Source of the DNA: Dehalococcoidia bacterium
GTDB lineage: Bacteria > Chloroflexota > Dehalococcoidia > GIF9 > UBA5629
DNA length: 64,000 nt
Reading direction: 5' to 3'
Assembly: GCA_050011565.1 (NCBI GenBank)
Contig: JBEKIW010000003.1
Coordinates: 192,001-256,000 of the forward strand
Below the pieces are notes generated by a model, which was given only the letters and a program-made list of their open reading frames with translations, was not told where the DNA came from and ran no database searches. Within the stretch, counting starts at the first letter, position 1; each line of letters opens with the position of its first letter. Made by a program: the position numbers and the translations under genes. Positions 57,903 to 64,000 of the stretch are shown here, piece after piece.

Positions 57903-59051
57903 TTATTTGACGCCCGAGGCTTCACCGTAGATGCGCTCTTTCCAGCGCACACCCAGGCCAACCACTTCCCGCCAGAGACCGTATAGGCCGGCCGAGAACC
58001 AGAAGGAAAAACCTATCGGATGCAAGAAGGTCGAAAGAAGTGATTGCCTGAAATGATGTTCCACCAGCCAGCGCATAAAAATAATCATCCCTATCTGAAA
58101 AGTAACGATGAATCGCCAATCGGTGGGAGCCGCCACCGAAAAGAAGCCACTCCACAACCAGTAGAAAGGGGCTAAATAAAAAACGAAGGCAGCAGCTAGT
58201 AGCGCCACCACCGCCACCGGTGACAGTGCCGCTATGGAATATATCCACTTGACAAAACCCTCCCATATAGCCCCCACGGTCCGGTACATGCGACAAGAGA
58301 ATACTGTAGATAAATCGACGGCTACATGCCTCCCTCCCTGCCGGACCGTTTCAACTCCAAGCCAAACGTCCTCAAGTATCCTGTCTTTCACCGCCATGTG
58401 TCCGCCGATGCGCCAGTATTCCTCTCTGCGGAAAAGAAGAAACTGGCCGATAGTCAATGACGGCCTGTGCCCTACGGAGCGATGCAGCCACCATAAAGGC
58501 AGCCAGCTCATAATAACGAAATACATTATAGGCAAGGCTATCTTCTCAGGAAGAGATTCAGCCATCTGTCGAGGAAAACCGGAAAGCAGAGAAAGTTTAA
58601 GCTCAACGGCTAATGCCAACGTGCTGCGCATCATGTGTGGCTCACTTTTAGTATCGGCATCAAGAAACAGCAGCCAGGAACCTTTGGCATTTTCGGCAAG
58701 CTGGTAGCAGGCAAACGGCTTACCTGCCCAGCCCTCAGGAAGTGGTTGCCCTTTTAGCAGCCTGATACGGTCGTCTTTAGCTGCAATTCGTTCCACAATC
58801 CCAGCCGTGCGATCCTTCGAGTTATCGTCTAAAACTATAATCTCGAAGTTCGTATAGTCCTGTTTTTGTAGTGACTTCAGGCAGGTTTCTATATTTTCCT
58901 CTTCGTTCCGTGCTGGAATAAGCACCGAAACCAGAGGTGCTGGCCCGGCTATCCGGCTACTGCTGTCCGGTCTTCTCAGCGACCTCAAATTGAGTATCAG
59001 ATTAATGGAAAAGACAACCAGCAAGGCAGCAATTACTATTTGATATAACAT
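57903..59051 (-). CDS. Family 2 glycosyltransferase (carotenoid/hopanoid glycosyltransferase-like)
   Basis: VSVLIPARNEE, LPEGWAGK, FLDAD, IGGH...ILED, CRMY. Confidence 0.88.
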   Translation of the reverse strand: MLYQIVIAALLVVFSINLILNLRSLRRPDSSSRIAGPAPLVSVLIPARNEEENIETCLKSLQKQDYTNFEIIVLDDNSKDRTAGIVERIAAKDDRIRLLKGQPLPEGWAGKPFACYQLAENAKGSWLLFLDADTKSEPHMMRSTLALAVELKLSLLSGFPRQMAESLPEKIALPIMYFVIMSWLPLWWLHRSVGHRPSLTIGQFLLFRREEYWRIGGHMAVKDRILEDVWLGVETVRQGGRHVAVDLSTVFSCRMYRTVGAIWEGFVKWIYSIAALSPVAVVALLAAAFVFYLAPFYWLWSGFFSVAAPTDWRFIVTFQIGMIIFMRWLVEHHFRQSLLSTFLHPIGFSFWFSAGLYGLWREVVGLGVRWKERIYGEASGVK

Positions 59052-59064
59052 TTCCTAAATCCTG

Positions 59065-59703
59065 CTAGTGGCGGCTTATGTGCGCTGTTCTCCTGGCCTG
59101 AAACCAGGTAATCAGCTTCCCCCTTAATCTCGGCCTGGTAGTCCTTAGGTCTTCGAAATGCTTCACCGCCAGTATCCCTATAACACAAACAATAAACAGC
59201 GGCTCTAATGAAAACCCCTTTGTAACCAGTAAGTAAATCAACGTCGCCGTCATGGCAACCGTTACTCTCCAGGCATCAACATCAATTAAAAGGTATGCCA
59301 AAAACATGAATATAACAAGTGAGATAAACATCTCATGTTGCGGCATTGCCAGCAGTACACCTCCTGTTACCGCCAGCGCCTTGCCTCCATTGAAGCTCAA
59401 TATCGGTGTGAAAGCGTGACCCAATATGGCACTCAAGCCGACTGCCATCACCATTGCATCGGGCAGGCCGAAGTGATAATACGCCAAGGCTACAAAAGGT
59501 ACACCTTTTCCCATATCTAGAAATAAAACCAGAGCAAAAGTCCAGCGACCTCCGGCTCGCATAACATTATACGAACCCGGATTGCCGTCCCCATAGTTTC
59601 TTACGTCCTTGCCTAATAGCCACTTCCCGACCCACAATGCAAAAGGACAGGCACCAAGCCAAAAAGCCAGCACGAAAAGAAGCGCAAAATAGAAAATATC
59701 CAC
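59065..59703 (-). CDS. Glycerol-3-phosphate acyltransferase PlsY family protein
   Basis: DVRNYGDGNPGSYNV, DMGKG, GHAFTP..FNGGKALA. Confidence 0.85.
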   Translation of the reverse strand: MDIFYFALLFVLAFWLGACPFALWVGKWLLGKDVRNYGDGNPGSYNVMRAGGRWTFALVLFLDMGKGVPFVALAYYHFGLPDAMVMAVGLSAILGHAFTPILSFNGGKALAVTGGVLLAMPQHEMFISLVIFMFLAYLLIDVDAWRVTVAMTATLIYLLVTKGFSLEPLFIVCVIGILAVKHFEDLRTTRPRLRGKLITWFQARRTAHISRH

Positions 59704-59889
59704 TCTACAGATACCCTCTAAGTATGCCCCTCTGTACCTAGTAACACAAGGTACAGATTAAACGATAAACCCCGCTCTGTCAATAGGACGCCTTCATACG
59801 AAGGCTAAAATTGAACTCCTGCTAATGTCAATAGTATCATACAGGAAGTGCTTTTTCTACGGTGATAGCAAAAATTAACAATTGCGTAA

Positions 59890-60366
59890 ATGATTAGAGA
59901 GCTTTCCTACGTAGATATAGACTGCATTTATGACATCATAAACTCGGCCGCTGGCGCCTACAAGGGCATCATACCATCAGGCTGCTACCACGAGCCGTAT
60001 ATGCCGAAGGAAGAGCTGCAAAGGGAAATGAAGAGCATGACTTTCTTCGGCTGGGAAGAGGGGCGCAAATTGGTCGGTGTTATGGGATTTCAGCCGGTTA
60101 AAGATGTGACGCTTATCAGGCATGCTTATGTATTACCTGACCGGCAGGGTAAGGGCGTCGGCACCAAGCTTCTCGACCACCTGAAGCAGATGACCAGGAG
60201 CAGCCAGTTGCTGGTGGGTACCTGGGCAGATGCTACGTGGGCGGTAGAATTCTATCAAAAGCAGGGCTTTAAGCTTATGCCCGATAAAGACGAGCTATTG
60301 TTGAGCTACTGGAAGATCCCCCGGCGTCAGATTGAGACCTCGGTGGTTCTGGGTATTGATTTGTAA
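59890..60366 (+). CDS. GNAT family N-acetyltransferase
   Basis: HAYVLPDRQGKGVG acetyl-CoA motif, FYQKQGF. Confidence 0.9.
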   Translation: MIRELSYVDIDCIYDIINSAAGAYKGIIPSGCYHEPYMPKEELQREMKSMTFFGWEEGRKLVGVMGFQPVKDVTLIRHAYVLPDRQGKGVGTKLLDHLKQMTRSSQLLVGTWADATWAVEFYQKQGFKLMPDKDELLLSYWKIPRRQIETSVVLGIDL

Positions 60367-60421
60367 AACCCTGCCATTTGAAAAACGAAATACTTCTGGC
60401 TATATTAAGCTTTAGATATGG

Positions 60422-60859
60422 TTATGCTAATAATTGCTGGACAATCTCCGCAGCATCGCGGACAAATTTAGTGCAAAGGGTATCGCGGAGCTTCTTATCC
60501 ACAAATGTCTTCTGGCCTTCCGGCATGCTTAAATCACACCCGAGCAACTCCCGGCATACAATTGACCCGTTAAGAGACTTAAACCTGCCCACAAACTCCC
60601 TAACCAACCGGTTAGTCTTTTCATGTGATTTTGTATCTTGAATCGTCGTCCGACCATATTTAAGGCCTATGACCATAAAGGCTCCGGTCACCGCCCCGCA
60701 TGTCTCGCCCATTCGACCCATTCCCCCACCAAACGCGGCACTGACCTTTAAGGCAGTTTCGCGGTCCATACCGAACCGTCCGGCGTAAGCAGTAAGTAAT
60801 GCCTGAGAGCACATAAATCCTTCATTGAAGCAAGAAACGGCTTTTTCAACTTCACTCAT
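60422..60859 (-). CDS. C_GCAxxG_C_C family putative redox-active protein
   Basis: CSQ, FGGGMG, TCGAVTG, CRELL, C-terminal Cys. Confidence 0.92.
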   Translation of the reverse strand: MSEVEKAVSCFNEGFMCSQALLTAYAGRFGMDRETALKVSAAFGGGMGRMGETCGAVTGAFMVIGLKYGRTTIQDTKSHEKTNRLVREFVGRFKSLNGSIVCRELLGCDLSMPEGQKTFVDKKLRDTLCTKFVRDAAEIVQQLLA

Positions 60860-60893
60860 GTTTCAATTCCTCCCAGACATTTTTATTAGCTCG

Positions 60894-61811
60894 CTATCGG
60901 CGCTTACCCCGCTTTTTAGGCGGTATCCTGGCTTCGCAGGGTACCTTGGTCTGGCATAGCCCGCAACCCAGATAGCGACCGATATAGCCGTCTTCTCTGC
61001 CTAACTCCTTGACTATCTCTTTCTGCCTGGTAAACAAGAACTCCAGGCACTTGTTCTTGTCGTGCCCCTGCTCGCTGATAGCACCGGCTGGACATCGCTC
61101 GGCACAACGTCTACATGACCCATCACGGTAAAAGAGGCAGTTGGCTAAATGGTCCTTGTATACCCTTAGGCTGGGTGGGATTCTGGCGTCGGTCACCACA
61201 CTGCCACAGCGCATAGCCATTCCCCTCGGTGTAATGAAGCCATCGTTCAGGCTAAAGGTCCCCAGGCCGGCAGCGTAGGCGATATGCCTCTGTGACCAGT
61301 TGGATACATAACCGCCGGGCAGGTTCTTCAATTTAAAGAAACCAGCCAGTTCCGGCGCTACAGCCATATAGCCCATACCCTCCAGTAGTGATATCAAATA
61401 ACGTGATAGTTCATCGATGAGGTGCTGACCGTGCCAGCGGGTGTGGTTCCACCTGAGTGATGGAATCATTGTTTCCTTGCGTAAGCTCAGCCGAGTCTCA
61501 TACGTAACCGGCAAGACAAAAGAGATTACGCTCACTTCGGACGAACGCTTCTGAATGCCCTCTTTGGACTCGAGGTACTTTTCTAAGACCTCACGTGGAG
61601 TAAGGTGGAAATCACCTATTATCGTTTTATAGTCTCGAAATATAGCGTCATCGCCATCGGCAAAACCAACCAACGGCTCATCGAAGATGCATCCGTCGTC
61701 GAAGGACTCAAGCCGGTTTGCCGGGTTTTTCGCCACATACTCTTTAATTGCCTTTTCCAGAAAGGCAGCCGCATTCTCCTCGGATAGCACTCGATTCAAT
61801 TTACTCACCAC
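60894..61811 (-). CDS. QueG-like (epoxyqueuosine reductase family) Fe-S protein
   Basis: WSQRHIAYAAGLGTF, CRRCAERCP, CGLCQTKVPC. Confidence 0.82.
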   Translation of the reverse strand: MVSKLNRVLSEENAAAFLEKAIKEYVAKNPANRLESFDDGCIFDEPLVGFADGDDAIFRDYKTIIGDFHLTPREVLEKYLESKEGIQKRSSEVSVISFVLPVTYETRLSLRKETMIPSLRWNHTRWHGQHLIDELSRYLISLLEGMGYMAVAPELAGFFKLKNLPGGYVSNWSQRHIAYAAGLGTFSLNDGFITPRGMAMRCGSVVTDARIPPSLRVYKDHLANCLFYRDGSCRRCAERCPAGAISEQGHDKNKCLEFLFTRQKEIVKELGREDGYIGRYLGCGLCQTKVPCEARIPPKKRGKRR

Positions 61812-62772
61812 TGAAGAGCCTCCGGGGGTTTCCCACCATCAGGGTATTAATCTTGTCCTCGCTGACTCCAGCCTCTCTCAGCGCCGGGATGATGTTATTG
61901 AAAACGTGGACGTAAGACCAGTTAGCCAGAAGCGGTTTGGCAGCATCTGAAAATTCGAAGGGGCGGCCCAGCCGGTAGGCCCAGCAATCTTGAGACAGCA
62001 TAATTCTATCAGCGTGGCCGATCCCAATCAGACCAATAAGGCAAGCCTTCCTCAATTTGTCCGGGAAAAGAATGTCAATACCTAACCGGTCGAAGGCTAT
62101 ATTCACTCCTTTTTCCAGAACGGAGAGATGATAGTTCAGGTCGGCATTGCCGCACATGTGCCCGATAACTACACGCTTGGGGTCGGCACCTTCGGAGATA
62201 AGCAGGTCAGCCTGCTCCGGCCCCATGGTTCCGGATTCGGTGTGGGTGATAATAGGCACGCCCGTTTCCTTCTGTGCCCTGGCTGCTGCCTTAAGTACCT
62301 TCTCCTCATAAGAACTTATCCTGGCATGCCCCGTGGCTACCTTGATGACACCGGCTTTAACCCCGGTATTGCCTATGCCCTGCGTAATCTCCTTAACAAG
62401 TGTCTCGCACAATTCAGTGGTGATATCATACGCCAGACTGCGAAACTTGAAATAGCCGGCCTTCCCGTATTTCTCCGTGTAAAAACCCGTAGCGCAGATA
62501 ATATTGACACCCAGTTTCTCGGACACAATCTTCTGCAACTCTACATCCCTGCCCATGTCAGTGGCGGTAGCATCAACCAGCGTCTTCAAGCCGTAGCCCT
62601 TGGCTTCCCTCAAAGCCTCCACACAAGCCGCAGCGGCTGCTTCCCGGTCATAGGGCGGAGCCAGCGCATCACAATCCCACCCCAGATAAGCAAAAACTAG
62701 ATGCTCGTGCATCAGGGTCACGCCCAGCTCGTCTGCGGAAACCGGACCCAGTACCGTGTTAATTTTAGCCAT
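61801..62772 (-). CDS. Phosphotriesterase-family amidohydrolase
   Basis: GVTLMHEH, GVIKVA, ITHT, IGH, LSQD, NPRRLF. Confidence 0.92.
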   Translation of the reverse strand: MAKINTVLGPVSADELGVTLMHEHLVFAYLGWDCDALAPPYDREAAAAACVEALREAKGYGLKTLVDATATDMGRDVELQKIVSEKLGVNIICATGFYTEKYGKAGYFKFRSLAYDITTELCETLVKEITQGIGNTGVKAGVIKVATGHARISSYEEKVLKAAARAQKETGVPIITHTESGTMGPEQADLLISEGADPKRVVIGHMCGNADLNYHLSVLEKGVNIAFDRLGIDILFPDKLRKACLIGLIGIGHADRIMLSQDCWAYRLGRPFEFSDAAKPLLANWSYVHVFNNIIPALREAGVSEDKINTLMVGNPRRLFSGE

Positions 62773-63007
62773 GAAATTACCTCTTTTTCTTGCGTTTGCG
62801 CCGGAATAGCTGCGGGGCTTCAAACATTGACGCTAAATTATATCAATTACTGAAGCAGCGCGGTAATTATTAATTTGAACAGCTTCGATCTACTTATTTT
62901 GACAGCATGAACCCCGTAGCTAAACCTTTCCAGACTCGCCACCGTTATAAGAGGATGGGAGCGGTATTCGACCTGGTGTTTAATTAATAAAAGGGGGTGA
63001 ATTCAAA

Positions 63008-63901
63008 ATGGCAATCTCCAGAGGCAGTTTATTTGCAGTTGTGGCGGTGTTGGCTATGGCTGCCATTTTAGGCAGCGCTTGCGCGGCTCCGGCACCACCA
63101 CCAGTGCCACCACCAGTGCCCGAACCTAACCAGTCGCCCGTAATTTCAAAAGTAACCGCTAGCCCGGCGGAGGTAGTCTCTGGAGACAGCACGACTATCA
63201 TCGCTGCTGCTGCTGACCCTGATGATGACCCACTTACCTATAGCTGGTCAGCTAGTGAGGGCACTATCACCGGTACGGGCAGTCAGGTCACCTGGGTCGC
63301 GCCAAACAATAGCGGGAGTTTTAACATAGGCGTGACTGTCAAGGATAATCGGGGCGGTCAGACGACAGGCAGCGTGACAGTTACTGTTTCACCACCTACA
63401 AAAACAGTAACCCTCAATCCCGTTGCTTCAGAAACCGGCACCGTATACCAGAACAATGCCACTGACTATTCACGTACCATGGCTGGAGACAACGCTCAGA
63501 ATGTCGGCTGTCGCGCTTGCTGGAGCTTCGATATTTCCAGCCTCGCCCACAAAGATATACAGAATGCCAGCTTGAAATTCACCACCGGGCGTATAGTTGG
63601 CGACCCATTCTCCTACATGCCCTCATCAGGATTTGGCGGACTATGGCTGTGGCAAGACACCTACGGTTCCGGTATGCTGCCAGTTTTCGGCTATGTCGGT
63701 GCCAAGTTGATGAACACCGGACTCATATATGAGCCGCCGTCTGTCGTAGATGTCACCATAGAGGTAAAACTACCTTCTAATTTCGGGAATGATCGCTTTC
63801 AGGTTGAAGCCCTGTTCAATAAAGTAAGCAACGGTGACAATGCCGCCGAATACATTGAATGGTCCTCCGTTGTCCTCGAGGTAACCTACGCAGTCGAGTA
63901 A
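63008..63901 (+). CDS. Ig-like/PKD domain lipoprotein
   Basis: Lipobox GSAC, Pro-rich linker, NQSPVI..DPDDDPLTYSW..VKDNRGG. Confidence 0.82.
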   Translation: MAISRGSLFAVVAVLAMAAILGSACAAPAPPPVPPPVPEPNQSPVISKVTASPAEVVSGDSTTIIAAAADPDDDPLTYSWSASEGTITGTGSQVTWVAPNNSGSFNIGVTVKDNRGGQTTGSVTVTVSPPTKTVTLNPVASETGTVYQNNATDYSRTMAGDNAQNVGCRACWSFDISSLAHKDIQNASLKFTTGRIVGDPFSYMPSSGFGGLWLWQDTYGSGMLPVFGYVGAKLMNTGLIYEPPSVVDVTIEVKLPSNFGNDRFQVEALFNKVSNGDNAAEYIEWSSVVLEVTYAVE

Positions 63902-63950
63902 CCTAGCTGCCGAATAGATATATTAATTGGCTTCGGTACTGTTAAATAAT

Positions 63951-63980
63951 TAGCTGCCCCCTAGAAATAGCGGGCAGCTA
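63951..63980. terminator. Hairpin terminator after the lipoprotein gene
   Basis: tagctgccc...gggcagcta inverted repeat. Confidence 0.6.
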
Positions 63981-64000
63981 TAATCTTAATAACCTGTTTA

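Noticed and set aside
60894-61811. Possible reductive dehalogenase
   Set aside because: Only 305 aa, no Tat signal and no rdhB-like neighbour; fits the QueG-like family.

Overview
Bacterial chromosomal segment whose gene content points to Dehalococcoidia (Chloroflexota); this is inferred from S-layer-like, CetZ/FtsZ-like and dispersed phage-type genes, not from a database search. Housekeeping blocks (purL, serA, tyrS, ribF, aroF/aroH, pyrG, transaldolase, rho, rarA, AmmeMemoRadiSam trio, coaE) surround a cell-surface cluster at about 25-44 kb (1287-aa Cys-rich S-layer-like protein, IPT/TIG and CARDB proteins). Main observations: (1) two phage-derived modules, tail/holin/HTH at 17.6-25.0 kb and terminase at 45.7-47.5 kb, have no integrase or att sites but share a 31/39-nt identical promoter containing a LexA-type box, suggesting a domesticated, SOS-coupled GTA-like particle system; (2) a secreted IPT/TIG protein has an in-frame TGA just after its signal peptide followed by a SECIS-like hairpin, a candidate new selenoprotein; (3) two CetZ-like tubulins, one intact and one with a degenerate GTP site; (4) two complete cargo-carrying IS elements with TIRs and target duplications (IS1595 with a HEPN-like gene; IS1-family with a three-gene toxin-antitoxin module); (5) a small insert flanked by a synonymous duplication of a gene 3' end. 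No rRNA, tRNA or CRISPR array was recognised. All product calls come from motif recognition by eye.
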